Assembly: GCF_006345805.1 (NCBI RefSeq)
Contig: NC_043002.1
Coordinates: 35,650,001 to 35,714,000 of the forward strand
Direction: 5' to 3'
Source of the DNA: Octopus sinensis
Taxonomy: Eukaryota
DNA: 64,000 bases
Positions 27,100-41,173 of this stretch are shown here, one piece after another; within the stretch, counting starts at the first letter, position 1; every line of letters begins with the position of its first letter. Both the position numbers and the translations under genes were made by a program. Under the pieces are notes generated by a model. That model had not been told where the DNA came from. It did no database searches and worked only from the letters and a program-made list of their open reading frames with translations.

Positions 27100-27990
27100 A
27101 CAATAAGCGCAAGGCCTGGAATTGTGGGGGAGGGGCTAGTCAATTACATTCATCGACCCTGAAAGGATACCTCGGCGGAATTTGAACGAAAGATGGACGA
27201 AATACCTATTTCTTTACTGCCCACAAGGGGCTACACACAGAGGGGTCAAACAAGGACAGACAAACGGATTAAGTCGATTATATCGACCCCAGTGCGTAAC
27301 TGGTACTTATTTAATCGATCCCGAAAGGATGAAAGACAAAGTTGATCTCAGCGGAATTTGAACTCAGAACGTAGCGGCAGACGAAATACCTATTTCTTTA
27401 CTACCCACAAGGAGCTAAACACAGAGTGGACAAACAAGGACAGACAAAGGGATTAAGTCGATTATATCGACCCCAGTGCGTAACTGATACTTATTTAATC
27501 GACCCCGAAAGGATGAAAGACAAAGTTGACCTTGGCGGAATTTGAACTCAGAACGTAGCGGCAGACGAAATACTGCTAAGCATTTTGCCCGGCGTGCTAA
27601 CAATTCTGCTAGCTTGCCACCTTAATAATAATAATAATCATTTCTATTATAGGCACAAAGACTAAAATTTGTGAGGAAGGGGATAGCCGATTACATCGAC
27701 CCCAGTATTTCACTGGTACTTAATTTATCGACTTCGAAAGGACGAAAGGTAAAGTCGACTTCGGTAGAATTTGAACTCAGAACGTAAAGACAGACGAAAT
27801 GCCGCTTGGCATTTTGTCCGGTGCAATAACGATTTTGCCACCTCGCCACCTTAATATTAATAATAATGGTTTCATTTCAGTGAAGAGAGAAAGTCGATTA
27901 CGCACTCCCAGTGTTCAACTGGTACTAATTCTATCGATGTCGATAGGATGAGCAGCAAAGTGGACCTCGGCGGAATTTGAACTCATTTTG
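27100..27990 (-). mobile_element. Cluster of SINE family B copies, partly tandem
   Basis: Same unit repeated at least four times. Confidence 0.85.
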
Positions 27991-28079
27991 GAAGAAATGG
28001 TGCTAGGCATTTTGTCCGACGCTCTAAAAATTCTGCCAGAATGCCGCTTTAACGACGACAGCAACAATTATACAATATT

Positions 28080-28335
28080 GATGATCATCATCATTACCAT
28101 GATAATGATGTTGCTCGTGGTGATGATGATGATGACAATGATGATGATAATGATGATGATGATAATGATGATGATAATGATGATGATGATGATGATGATG
28201 ATGATGGTGATAACGATGGTAATGATGATGAAAAAAGAAGAGGAGAAGGAGGAGGAGGAGGAGGAAGAAGAAGAAGAAGAAGAAGAAGAAGAGAAGAAGA
28301 AGAAGAAGAAGAAGAAGAAGAAGAAGAAGAGGAAA
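28080..28335. repeat. Compound trinucleotide run (GAT)n-(GAG)n-(GAA)n
   Basis: Directly visible; explains the poly-M/E/K ORF. Confidence 0.95.
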
Positions 28336-28979
28336 GTGATGAGAAAACTTTGGGGTTTTGCACTAACTTCACGCAAAAACGCGTTGCAACGAAACAAAAG
28401 GTGAATATTAACTAAATGATGAGCAAAAAGTAATTATCTTTATCACATCATTTGCGACTGCACTTAACTACACTATTAATATAATCGTTTGGAAAATAAA
28501 TGAAGTGAAAATATAGGAAAACAAGTGAAAAAATCCCATACATCTGAGAATCAGCATTACGCAGCTACACAGGAGAAAGATGCATTCGAATAGAAAATTA
28601 CTATTTAATAAACAGCGGTTTATTAAATAGGAATGCACCGGTTGTTTGTGAACAAACTTTAATGGACCATAAATAGAAGACGACCTAACGTAATGTTACG
28701 CGACGTGTGCCAAATATTAACTTCTCATTTCTTTTCTGACGTATCGACGACTTCAGTGTGACAGATTCTAATGTGATAGAGGAAATGAAAAAAGCACACC
28801 ATGCTTGTGATTCAGCCTGCTGATTACAGTGATTTGCTGATGGTCGGATTCTTGAACATGACTGGGTCTTTCCTGTTTAGGGTTGGGAAAGATGTTGGAG
28901 ATCTCTAGCTATAATGTGTCCTCTGTGATTAACAGAAAGAAACTTATAAGTGGTAAGACGTTGCCAGGACAGTCGTGTC

Positions 28980-29400
28980 CGCCTAGCAGATACAGGACGT
29001 CAGCAACAAGAATCCCAGATAGAAGATGAAGGCCATTGCTTCGCAGCTCAAAGTGGCAGAATCCACTATCAGCTGTGTGGTGCACGATAATATCATCAAT
29101 ATGTTGTATACAATGAGGAAAGCACAGTTCATGTTCAGCAAAATTCGGGTAAAAGAAAACGTATGATCATGTGGCCTCAAACATCAGTTTCCTAGCACTC
29201 CTGATTTGAAATTCCGTAACTGCTGCGTCTGGGATGTCGTCGTGAGTAGAGAGCACGGCCAGCAGACCTTCACTGCCAAAGACAAGTTGGGGGCTGCCGT
29301 CGTAGGCACGATAGAGACCACCTGATCCTTACATGCAGTTGCTTTCGAAGCAACAACGAAGTCGTCATTGACGCCAGGTGGGAGTCGGTTTTGTTGAATG
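28980..29400 (+). mobile_element. Tc1/mariner-like transposase remnant
   Basis: Decayed WP..SPDL...(Y)CVWDVV motif. Confidence 0.5.
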
Positions 29401-29680
29401 ATTTTTCTCTCTAGTGTATCTGTTTGAACTTGTGCGTCGTTCTTGCGTTTTTCTTTTGTATTTTGTTCCGTTCTTGGTTGCTTTTACAATAATATTTCAA
29501 ACATACCCTCAGAAATCATGGAGAAGATTTTTGCCAGATTTTTTAATAGAAATTATACCATTGCAATTAATCTTATTGTCTGAAGTTTCATCTTTTTTTA
29601 ACACAAATGCCGACTAAGTAAAACAGTTTTCAATTAAGCTATATCCTCACTGTTTCATTACGGTGTTGAGCTGTACTCTC

Positions 29681-29830
29681 CAGTTGCATACCTAGTGTAC
29701 GCCGCCCGAAGTTTGCTCCCCACCCCACGATCCCCCACAACATATTGCAAAGATTAAAAAATGCCGACTCCATAAACGCGTCGTCCGGAACGGATCGTCT
29801 ATCGCTTGCCCCTACATAGCTACGCTACTG
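29681..29830. mobile_element. hAT-type MITE
   Basis: TIRs cagttgcatacc / gctacgctactg; 8-bp TSD gtactctc / gttctctc. Confidence 0.7.
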
Positions 29831-30197
29831 GTTCTCTCTTCTTGATATCTATATAAAGATTTTGAGAGACTGATTGATTTGTCGAGACACTACCCAATGC
29901 TGGCGCTGAGATACGAACACGTACTTCTAGCAACTCGATACAAATTTAGAATACTAACTCTGAAATCTTGCGAAATAGACTGGTACGTAGCCGTCGTTGT
30001 TTGACCTTAGGTCAACTTTGATTGGGCAGACCAATAAGCTGAAGCATTCCAGCCACGACCACTCCATCTCTTTAATAGTAAGTATGACTGCATTATTTAA
30101 AGTGTTTTGTCCTCATATAAGATGGCAGGATGTGACTGAGGGAGAATTGACTGTTATTTCTTGTAGGTGGAGTGATTACCTAGAGGTTTCCATATTC

Positions 30198-30589
30198 GTG
30201 GCACTCCGTCGGTTATGACGACGAGGGTTCCAGTCGATCCGATCAACAGAACAGCCTGCTCGTGAAATTAACGTGCAAGTGGCTGAGCACTCCACAGACA
30301 CGTGTACCCTTAACGTAGTTCTCGGGGAGATTCAGCGTGACGACACAGAGTGTGACAAGGCTGCTCTTTGAAATACAAGTACAGCAGAGAAAAAGTTGTG
30401 GTAAAAGTACAGTGTGAGAAAGTTGTGGTGAAAGAGTACAGCAAGGTTCGCCACCACCCTGCCGGAGCCTGACGGAGCTTTTAGGTGTTTTTGTTCAATA
30501 AACATTCACAACATCCGTTGTGGGAATCGAAACCACGATCTTACGACCGCGAGTCCGCTGACCTAACCACTGGGCCATTGCGCCTCCAC
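30198..30589 (-). mobile_element. tRNA-derived SINE (family D)
   Basis: rc head gtggaggcgcaatggcccagtggttagg...gactcgcggtcgtaagatcgtggtttcgattccc with A/B boxes. Confidence 0.8.
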
Positions 30590-32653
30590 TCAGGTTGTCA
30601 CATTACCTCGTAGACATTTGTTGTTATCTATCTCTCGGTTATCTCTTTCTCAATAGGCCTATAATTATAGATGTTACTGCCGTGACTATCCCATCCTTTA
30701 AGTCTAGTGCAGTGTACCTTAGACATCATTAACAAATATAATCTTTCTTTTTTTAAAACTGCAGAGTTGGTTGCTATTTACAACTGCAAGGATTCCACGT
30801 TCGGCTTGCTGCTGCTGCTGCTGTTTCACTGGTACTATACTGTTGTTAATGGCAATATCGTTGCTCCGCTCAGGTCACCCTTGATCAAAATCATTTCAAC
30901 CAAATTTGAAGGAAAATTGTCAGCTATTTCTCGTAGCTCTAGCGGCCACATTAAAATTTCTTGTTGGTCACTGTTATTTATAACTATGCTGTTGTTGTTG
31001 CTGTTGTTGTAATTGTGTTTGTTATTATTGTGGTCATTGTTAAACCAAGTGAAGGCAGCCAACTGGTGTGTAACTCTTAATAAGTTAGGGTTTGCTTATC
31101 TGTAACGGTTTTGAATTCGCTACATATCTATGCAAGTGAAGACTGGACCCAGCGGACATTGCGGAAGAAACCTTCATGGTTCAACGGAGTGAAAGGCGGC
31201 TGCAGCAATGCACTATGGAGTGCAGAGAACAAGATGAGGAAAGTAGGATGTCCTGGTCATCCACTGCATCCGTTTCTATCTCCAGTCGTCTTGACCTGGT
31301 CTTGCCACTGGATTTGAAGATGGCCACGGGCGAGAGAATGAGGTTGATGGGGTTCAACTCTTCTTCATTTTGTTTAAAATCACCGCACAAGTCATCAGTC
31401 ATCCTTAAGAATGATTGGATGGTCCTCATCGTTTCAACAGATGAACGTGTGTTGTTGTTTAGCCCCGGATCAATCCTTATCTAACTGCACTGTGATCAAA
31501 GGCGTTCCAACGAAGGTCAAGACCAAGCTGTTTATTTCTTTAACTTTCCACCCCCTGCTACATATACTGTATCTAGGACAACGTTATCGAACTACTTCCT
31601 TTATTATTTAGAAAACGGTTAGATTGTCATTTAAGTGATATTTGAATGCGCTTATGCTCTTTTCTATCAAGTCGAATGACAACATACAGGGCAGCTTGAT
31701 CCGCTGGTAATTCCTTTTTTTTAATTATTATTTAGCCCAGGTCAGCACTGCTCGAGGGAAACGCGTCTCAGTAATGACCAACTCGTTTTTCTTTTTTTTT
31801 AATTGAAACAATATATCCAAGAAGTTATCTGATGAGTCTTATATGTTTTTCTTAAGATGTAGAGTAGAGTATTGTAGCTTGCTGGAACATTATGACAAAG
31901 AAGTAAAACAGTGAAGACGGAGAGCTTACAATGTGAAAAGATTATAGTTCAATAAACTTTATATATTAAGGCAGTGTTCCAGCATGGCCGCAGTCAAATG
32001 ACTGAAACAAGTAAAAGAATAAAAGAATATTTCAGGTACAAAGACCCATCATTAGAAGAAACGGATTTTGTGCCTAAAATATATAAAGGTTATTAAACCT
32101 TTTTTTTTTCGCATTGTAAGAAACTGTCCGTCTTCACTATTTTGTTATTTTGCATGCAGAGTGTGACTTCATGTTGGTTTGGCTGCTCTTTCTAGCAGAT
32201 TGGGCGATTACGTAGTGGTTCCATCAGCTGGTGCTGTTCATTACTGGTGGGAGGGGATGTTTTTAAAAACAGATCCATATCAGATAAACTGCGTGATTAA
32301 TAACTGTGCACTAAATGTCGTACCTTTAAAAACATACTTGATTGTTGTCAATTGGTTGTGCCCCCCCCCCCCCGCCACTGCCACCGCCACCCTAAGTACA
32401 CACTTGATTATGTACTCAGTGGAGGGTCATAGGTAATTTCAGATTATTTCCAAATAAAAATAAAGGTATGTTTAATTTCTACCACAAATAAATTAATCAT
32501 TTCAAATTATCTCCGTTTATCAGTTGAATTAATCTGTTTGCAACGCTATCAGTGTAGAAAACTTCGCATGAATAACAAGGTATGTCGTTGCTGTTGCGGG
32601 TGTTGTGATTGATGTTGCTTTTATCTTTTAGTAAGGGGGTTGGAAGGCAATGC

Positions 32654-32836
32654 CAGTAGCGTAGCCGGGCGGAGAAGGGGATCCCGGGCGAGTGGGTGCG
32701 GTCCACCCCAGGCGACGCTTTTATAGGAGTGGCACTTTAGGGTCTACTGTATAGACCTATATGGTTTGCTGTCCGGGGTGGGAAGATGTAAACTCAAGAG
32801 TTACCTCGGGTGACGCACAGTTAAGCTACGCCACTG
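32654..32836. mobile_element. hAT-type MITE
   Basis: TIRs cagtagcgtagc / gctacgccactg; 8-bp flanks ggcaatgc / agcaatgt. Confidence 0.8.
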
Positions 32837-32898
32837 AGCAATGTCCATGGCTCTTTACAGCCTCCAACCACTGAAACAGGCGGAAGAGAAAACTAGAT

Positions 32899-32931
<33 letters not shown>

Positions 32932-33712
32932 CAGCAGGAGAGACAGATACAGAAAGGGAGAAGGAGAAAGGTATCCTCAGACCGGTGACCTAGCTCGAAC
33001 GCCCGAGGTACCAGGTAGTGATGTTAAATCAAGCGACGGATTAATCTTACCAGCCATGTAGGCCATGGTAGGATTTGAACTCAAGATGCAAAGAGCAGGG
33101 ACAAATATCACCCTGAGCAGCCGCTCTGGCCTTTATACATTTCTGCTAGCCCAGCGTCCAGGATTGGTACTTCTTTGTCGACTCTGAAAGGATGAAAGTT
33201 GACCTCGATGCGGTTTGATCTCAGAGTCGGAATACATACCACAAGGCGTTGTATCCGGCTCTCTGCTAATTCGCTCCCTGTGTGTTACTATTGTTGTTGC
33301 TGTTGTTTAAATCCACCTCATCGGACATACAGCAGATTTGTTGTAAAGCTGGCATTCGTCATTTTTGTATCTGGGACTTATATCCAATATTTCATTATTT
33401 ATATATTTAGTGGAAGACGGCAAGGCGAGACTTGAGGGAAATTTAGTTGCTATTTCTAACAGGTCAAGGGATCACACAAAGGCACCGTCGTTTGCTTGAA
33501 GCAAGTAAGATAGAGTGGCTGCAAAACCCTCACCCATCCAGTACCATGCAGTCATTCATATATTCAACATGCTTCATTACAACCACTTTGTTTAAAAATG
33601 TCGACAATGTCACCAACCATTGTCAGTGATAAGATAACGCTGTATATTCTGAATAAAAAAAATACCTAACAACTCAGACATCATGAATACCAAGGTATAT
33701 CATTTGCTCTCT

Positions 33713-33748
<36 letters not shown>

Positions 33749-33755
33749 CCTCCCT

Positions 33756-33788
<33 letters not shown>

Positions 33789-34103
33789 TATATATATGTA
33801 TTTTCTTATGGCCAATTATATCTCGCATTTTCAAGAGCACGAGCTATGAACAATATCAAAGTAAGAGTTATGACACTCAATTGGGATAACAGACAAGGCC
33901 AAAAACGTTGTGTGACATACACACAAAATATTGTCTACAATGAAGTATTGTGAGGAAGACCACCGCACCAGCTTGCATCACCACCACACCAGCCACTCCA
34001 TCATTACACATCCACATTACACCTTTAAGATTGGGGAACCAGTTAAGCATATCAGCAAACCACAAAATCGCACCAGCCAGCATCACCACTACCTCCAAGC
34101 CCG

Positions 34104-34203
<100 letters not shown>

Positions 34204-34220
34204 GTGTATGTATGTATGTA

Positions 34221-34263
<43 letters not shown>

Positions 34264-35302
34264 TGTGTGTGTGTGTATTTATTTGTGTCTGTGTTTGTCC
34301 CACTACCACCATTGCTTGGCAACCAATGTTAGTGCGTTTTCGTCCCTGTAATTTAGCTGTTCAGCAGAAGAGACTGATAGAATAAACACCAGGGTTATAG
34401 GGAATAATTTCTTCGACTAAAGGGTGGTGCTTCAGCATGGCCACCGTCAAATGACTGAAACAAGTAAAATAATAAAAGAATACCAGAAAAACGTTCCGTA
34501 CCACCAAACCAAGAAGGTTAAATAGTAATTCCGTTTACGTTTGTGTAACTGAGATATTTTGGTTGGATTATATAGTCATTGGTGTTATATTACTTTCTAT
34601 ATTCTGTAACTGTCACAATATACTTTTATAGGCCTGGAATTTTTGTGGGGAGGGGGCCAGTTGATTAGATCGACCCCAGTACACAACTGGTACTTAATTT
34701 ATCGACTCCCAAAAGGACAAAAGGTGAAATCGACCTCGGTAGAATTTGAACTCAGAACGTAAAGACAGACGGTCATAATATGCAAAGATTTTTCGTGGCA
34801 CCTGTACACTGTTTACAGATGCTTGCATTTTTTGTTTTCCGTGAATTTTTCACGGGTCCAGCTAATCAAATTATTATGTCTGATATTGACACAAGGCCAG
34901 AAATTTGCGCGATGGGATTAGTCGATGGAAAGGACCACGTACCTAATTGGTACTTTATTTTATGTGGTCCCCAAAAGATCAATGACAAAACTGACGCCGG
35001 CAGGAGTTTGAAATATGGCCCATAGCTGGTATTTGGATGATTATCGCCTGCAGAAGCATCTGTGCTCGAAATTATAGTCGGGATGTTTCGTGAGTGATTA
35101 CTAGACGGGGTATCATTACATCGGTCTTGTTGTTGTGCTTGTTGTAGGAATTCGAGTCTAATGAGGACATCCTGAGGGTATGAATGGGAAACATTTATTG
35201 ATTGGTTACATAGTACTGGAGGACCTAGGTCTTCAGATAGTTGAATTTATTTAGCTTAAGTTTACTAAGGTGAATGTACATGTTCAAATACTATATGAAT
35301 GC

Positions 35303-36335
35303 GTATGTATATACATCATCATCATCATTGTTCGACCGTGGACGAGACAATGGAATTTACCATGCTACGCCAGACCTCACGGTCCATCATGGCATTACGG
35401 AGGTCCTGTTGCTGGATGCCTGTATCCCTGTAGATTACATCAGGTAGGAGAGTGTGCGCCCTCTGGTATTGCGAGTAGATGGTTTCCAGAGAAGAAGAGT
35501 AGAAATTGCCTCGTTTTCAGCTCTACAACAATGTTCAGCAAACTAGACTCTCCTACCTTTCACAAGAGATGACACAGGTGGTAGTTTCCCATATATTTGC
35601 ATTTTGGTTGGATGGCGCTTCCACGAGAGATTTTGAGCTCCATCCAACCGCCTCTCAAGCTTCTTTGATAACGTCCAGGTTTCTGAGCCATATAGTAGAA
35701 TTGGTTCGACTGTGGCTTTGAAGATTTCAAGTTTGAAGTCTCTACTTAGATTTGATGACCAGATCTTATGCATGTCATTACAGGCTGACCAGGCCATAGC
35801 CTTTCTAGCTAGAAAATCTTTTTCAGATGATGATATGTATGACCCAAGATATTTGTAATCAGAAACCATATTTAAGGGCACATTGTTGAGAGAATGGATG
35901 ATGCAATCACTGTTGGACAGGCACTTGTTTATATTTTCAGTCTTGGCCTCATTGAGGTAAAGACCTACACAATTTGAGGCTTGTTCGAGAGATTGTAAAA
36001 GAGACTGGGCATTGGAGAGAGAATCACTGATAAGAACGATGTCGTCAGCAAAGTCAGTGTCTGTCAAGTATTCAGCTGGGTGTCTGGAACTTCTTGGTTT
36101 TATTTCAAAGCCCTTGCCAGAGATGGTATCAACTGACATACGTAGCACATAGTCAACGACAATGATGAAAAGAAATGGGGCGAGTGAGTCTCCCTGCAGT
36201 ATTCTGGCTTTGATTGAGAAAGATGATGTTTCTCCGTCAGGGGTTAAGATGGTTAAAGACGTATCTGTGTAGAGGACCTTGATGGCATCCCATAGAGCTT
36301 AAGGATTTCAAACATCTTGTACCTATCTACAGAGT
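35303..36335 (-). mobile_element. 5'-truncated RTE-clade LINE
   Basis: GILQGDSLAPFLFII, DTDFADDIVLIS, YKYLGS, VEPILLYGSETWTL; (ATG)n 3' tail. Confidence 0.92.
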
Positions 36336-36653
36336 CGAACGCTCGCGCGCATACACACACGCCCGCACGCACGTACACCCACCCATACACCCACACACCC
36401 ACATACACAGATATGTATATCTGTAAAAATCACTACGGTTATCTGAATTATCTAGCTTCAAGTCTATCAGTTTATATGTGCCTATGTGTATCTATATTTG
36501 TCTACATGTCTGTTGTTGGTTTGTACGTACGTATGTTCGTTTGCATATACGTGTGTATCTGTACGTGTTTGATTGTGTGTATGTATGTGTGTATGTATGT
36601 ATGTATGTATGTATGTATGTATGTATGTATGTATGTATGTATGTATGTATGTA

Positions 36654-36716
<63 letters not shown>

Positions 36717-36779
36717 ATATATATTCATTTATACATTTATACATACTCGTCGATCTCTCTTCTTTGACGGACGTTAATG

Positions 36780-37200
36780 GAAATACGAGAGGAGAGGCTG
36801 GAGGGATAAGATGCAAAAGGGCGAAGTATCAGTAGTTGGCATAGGTCTTCATGAACAGATGAAAGACATCAGGAGCGTAGGAAGGACCAAGTGAATGCTA
36901 CTGGAAGTGGAAGTGGGTAGTCGAGTGTACATAAGACCTTCATTGATAAAATCTATGGAGTTGTGGGCATTGTAAGAGTGAGCAGAAGAGCCATTAACAA
37001 CCAGGTGAAGACAACAGAGAAAGAATCTCCATGACTCGGGGGCCGTTAAAATTCCCCTTGAACACTGGCCAAGGCTTGGTCGACCTCGGTCAGGTCGCCT
37101 GGATAAGGATGACGTACGATGCAATATCTGGAACATCCAGTGACTCTGGTACACAAAACTGGTCATGTGTCCAAGGATATGCATCCGTAGATGTATACAA
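36780..37200 (+). mobile_element. Degenerate RTE-like LINE 3' remnant
   Basis: WPRLGRPR..W-like motif typical of RTE C-termini. Confidence 0.45.
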
Positions 37201-37572
37201 ATAAGGGAAAATAAACCTAAAGGATCAACTGGAGAGCAGGAATGGAATCAAAGTAGGTTGGACTGTCAGAGTCCTACATTCCAGCTCTGTGGAAGTCTTT
37301 GCATATTAACAAGTTAGAGTGGCTTTAGATTATGTATCATGTTATATATAGAAAAGAAGTTTTCACGAGGGACATCTAGAGACATGGTGAGAGGAGGGAA
37401 CTAAAGATAGATGTAGAAGATTGTGCTTTTGAGTAATTGAAACTTCCAGTTGTGTGCACATGCAAAAACAGTAAAGTGTTCCTTCTATAATCCACTGCAT
37501 TCTACCTCTATTGCCACTTCATCACTACTACCAATCACCATCCCTACTACAACCAAAACAATCATTAGTTAT

Positions 37573-37573
37573 A

Positions 37574-37659
<86 letters not shown>

Positions 37660-37660
37660 A
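37573..37660. repeat. (TAC)n microsatellite
   Basis: Directly visible. Confidence 0.95.
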
Positions 37661-38269
37661 ACAATAGACAGGAACATCACTAACACTATCAACACTACCA
37701 CATTCTAAAACCGCCAACACCACTGCCACTCTAAGACCACCATCGCCAACATTACAATCAACCACGAAAAGCAGACACAATTCACCAGAGATATGCGCTC
37801 ATTTTCCTTCTTCCTAGTTTACCCTTCTTCCTTTTCCCTAACTCTACTCTCATTCTCCCATCCCATCTATCAAGATAGGCTGGGTGGTTTATACACACAC
37901 ATATATATGAATGATTATTTGTGTTTTCAAGACACACACCTCCAAATGCATACATACATACATACATACGTACATACATACATACATACATACATACATA
38001 CATACATACATACATACATACATACATACATACGTATGTACACACATACATACATACATACATACATGCATACATACATACAGATATACACACACGCAAA
38101 CACATACGAATACACATATTTACACAGACTGACACACACATATCAATTAATGAATCACACAAGTACAAGGTTTACGTAATCATTTTCATAAAATGCGTAA
38201 GTGATTACGTAACACAAGTTCTTATGTCATTCACTAATTGAGATTACGCTCTGTGCAACGGCGACGAGA

Positions 38270-38870
38270 AGGCGGCGAGCTGGCAGAAACGTTAGCACGC
38301 CGGGCGAAATGCTTAGCAGTATTTCGTCTGCCGCTACGTTCTGAGTTCAAATTCCGCCGAGGTCGACTTTGCCTTTCATCCTTTCGGGGTCGATTAAATT
38401 AGTACCAGTTACGCACTGGGGTCGATATAATCGACTTAATCCGTTTGTCTGTCCTTGTTTGTTCACTCTGTGTGTAGCCCCTTGTGAGCAGTAAAGAAAT
38501 AGGTATTACGTTCTGAGTTCAAATTCCGCCGAGGTCGACTTTGCCTTTCATTCTTTCGGGGTCGATAAATTAAGTACCAGTTACGCAATGGGGTAGATGT
38601 AATCGACTTAATCCCTTTGTCTGTCTTTGTTTTCCCCCTCTATGTTTAGCCCCTTGTGGACAATAAAGAATTAAGAATCGTTAGTAGGTCGGACAAAATG
38701 TTAAACTGCATTTCGTTCGTTTTTACGTTCCGAGTTCAAATTCCTCCGAGGTCGACTTTGCTTTTCGTCCTTTCGGCAGTCGATAGAATAAGTACAGGTT
38801 GAGTAATTGCGGTTGATGTAATTGACTTGCCTCCTCCACCAAAATTTCAGACCTTGTACCCATACTAGAA
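38270..38870 (+). mobile_element. SINE family B cluster with tandem internal units
   Basis: Head ggcggcgagctggcagaaacgttagcacgcc, repeated gttctgagttcaaattccgccgaggtcgactttgcctttcatcc. Confidence 0.85.
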
Positions 38871-39029
38871 AGTATATTGCGCTCTGTACTGACCTGATGG
38901 TTTATACATACATACATACATAATACATACATACATACATACATACATACATACATACATACATACATACATACATACATACATACATACATACGTTTGT
39001 ATGTATGTATGTATATGTATTCTTTTACT

Positions 39030-39233
39030 TGTTTCAGTCATTTGAGTGGGGTCATGCTGCAACACCGCTTTTAGTCGAAGAAATACAGCCCAGAACTTAT
39101 TCTCGGTAAGCCCAGTACTTATTCTATCGGTCTCTTATGCCGAACCGCTAAGTTTCAGGGACGTAAACACACCAACATCGATTGTGAAGCGATGGCGGGG
39201 GTACAAACACAGACACAGACACACACGCGCACA

Positions 39234-39319
<86 letters not shown>

Positions 39320-39455
39320 CGATGGTCTTCTTTTAGTTTCCGTCTACCAAATTCATTCTTACGGCTTTGGTCGGCCCGAGACTATAGTAGAAGACACTTA
39401 GGGGATTGGGACTGAACCCAGAACCATGTGGTTGGGAAGTAAGCTTTTTACCACA
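39030..39455 (-). mobile_element. SINE family A split by (CA)n
   Basis: rc of the 3' half (39030-39200) and head (39330-39455). Confidence 0.75.
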
Positions 39456-39459
39456 CACA

Positions 39460-41010
39460 CACACACACACACACACACATTCAGCAGTGTCAACGCCAAG
39501 AGTGTTTAGGCATAAGCGAACATTAGGTGAGTTAAAATATGCTTGGACATATTTCAACTTCTAAAGGCAAATTCACTTTGGAAAGCATCATACCTGCCCA
39601 GTGTTGCTCTGTATCGGCTCCCAGACTCAACATTTCTAGCTTTTTAGCTGTTATCAATGGGAAATATTGAAAAGGAAGATGTAAAACTGTTATGGGCAAA
39701 TTGCAATCCGCAGAACTTCCTGAGTGACATGCCTAGCGGAAAATTACCATGAATTTTTTAGCAGTGCAGTTTACCTGATGGTGAGCCTTATCTTAAGCGT
39801 GTCGCTTTTAGAAACAGGATGCCTATGCCTTATTTAGACGCAACTGGTGGTGGTGGACGTGGTGGAAATGATGGTGGGGCAATAGGAGTAGTTGTGGTGC
39901 TGTTGTTAGTGGCGAAGTGCAGCAGTGGTCGTGAAGGAGGTGTTGGTGATCGTGGACTTTGTATTGTTTGTTGTAGATATTATTGTGACGATGGTGGGTG
40001 GTGATGGTCGTGCTGTTGGTGGTGGTGGTGGTGGTGGTGTGGAATGGAATAAAAACAGATTGAAGTAAAGAAAGAACACTGCAGAAATCTACTCTGCTCG
40101 CTCCTCCTCATTTTCTTTCTCTCTCACTCATTTTTCTCTAAATTTCCCTATAAATACACACATGCATTTACACATACCCCCCCCACACACAAATACAAGC
40201 ACGCGCGGGCACGTGCACGAACACAACACACACACACACACACACACACATTCAGCAGTGTCAACGCCAAGAGTGTTTAGGCATAAGCGAACATTAGGTG
40301 AGTTAAAATATGCTTGGACATATTTCAACTTCTAAAGGCAAATTCACTTTGGAAAGCATCATACCTGCCCAGTGTTGCTCTGTATCGGCTCCCAGACTCA
40401 ACATTTCTAGCTTTTTAGCTGTTATCAATGGGAAATATTGAAAAGGAAGATGTAAAACTGTTATGGGCAAATTGCAATCCGCAGAACTTCCTGAGTGACA
40501 TGCCTAGCGGAAAATTACCATGAATTTTTTAGCAGTGCAGCTTACCTGATGGTGAGCCTTATCTTAAGCGTGCCGCTTTTAGAAACAGGATGCCTATGCC
40601 TTATTTAGACGCAACTGGTGGTGGTGGACGTGGTGGAAATGATGGTGGGGCAATAGGAGTAGTTGTGGTGCTGTTGTTAGTGGCGAAGTGCAGCAGTGGT
40701 CGTGAAGGAGGTGTTGGTGATCGTGGACTTTGTATTGTTTGTTGTAGATATTATTGTGACGATGGTGGGTGGTGATGGTCGTGCTGTTGGTGGTGGTGGT
40801 GGTGGTGGTGGAATGGAATAAAAACAGATTGAAGTAAAGAAAGAACACTGCAGAAATCTACTCTGCTCGCTCCTCCTCATTTTCTTTCTCTCTCACTCAT
40901 TTTTCTCTAAATTTCCCTATAAATACACACATGCATTTACACATACCCCCCCACACACACACAAATACAAGCACGCGCGGGCACGTGCACGAACACAAAC
41001 ACACACACAC
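39460..41010. repeat. Two-copy tandem duplication, period 771 bp
   Basis: 39482 aligns to 40253; near identical with few substitutions; (CA)n at the boundaries. Confidence 0.92.
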
Positions 41011-41173
41011 GCACACGCACACGCGCGCGCACGTACACAAATTTTCTGTCCCCTACTTCTTGTAAATGTTGAGCTGGCTTGTTGAATATTCAGTCCCTTA
41101 AATGTAGGATGCGTGTGTATTTGAGGGTGCGCGCGCTCGTGTGTGTATGTACATAGGCATACATTCATATACA

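Noticed and set aside
27988-28404. Poly-Met/Glu/Lys ORF
   Set aside because: Compound trinucleotide microsatellite
30520-30589. tRNA-like sequences at SINE heads (also 7140, 8200, 12655)
   Set aside because: No complete cloverleaf; they continue into SINE bodies, so they are not tRNA genes
39590-39645. Minus-strand 54-nt exon-like segment (KKLEMLSLGADTEQHWA)
   Set aside because: No homology recognised and it conflicts in strand with the other weak exon candidates; likely chance splice-like signals
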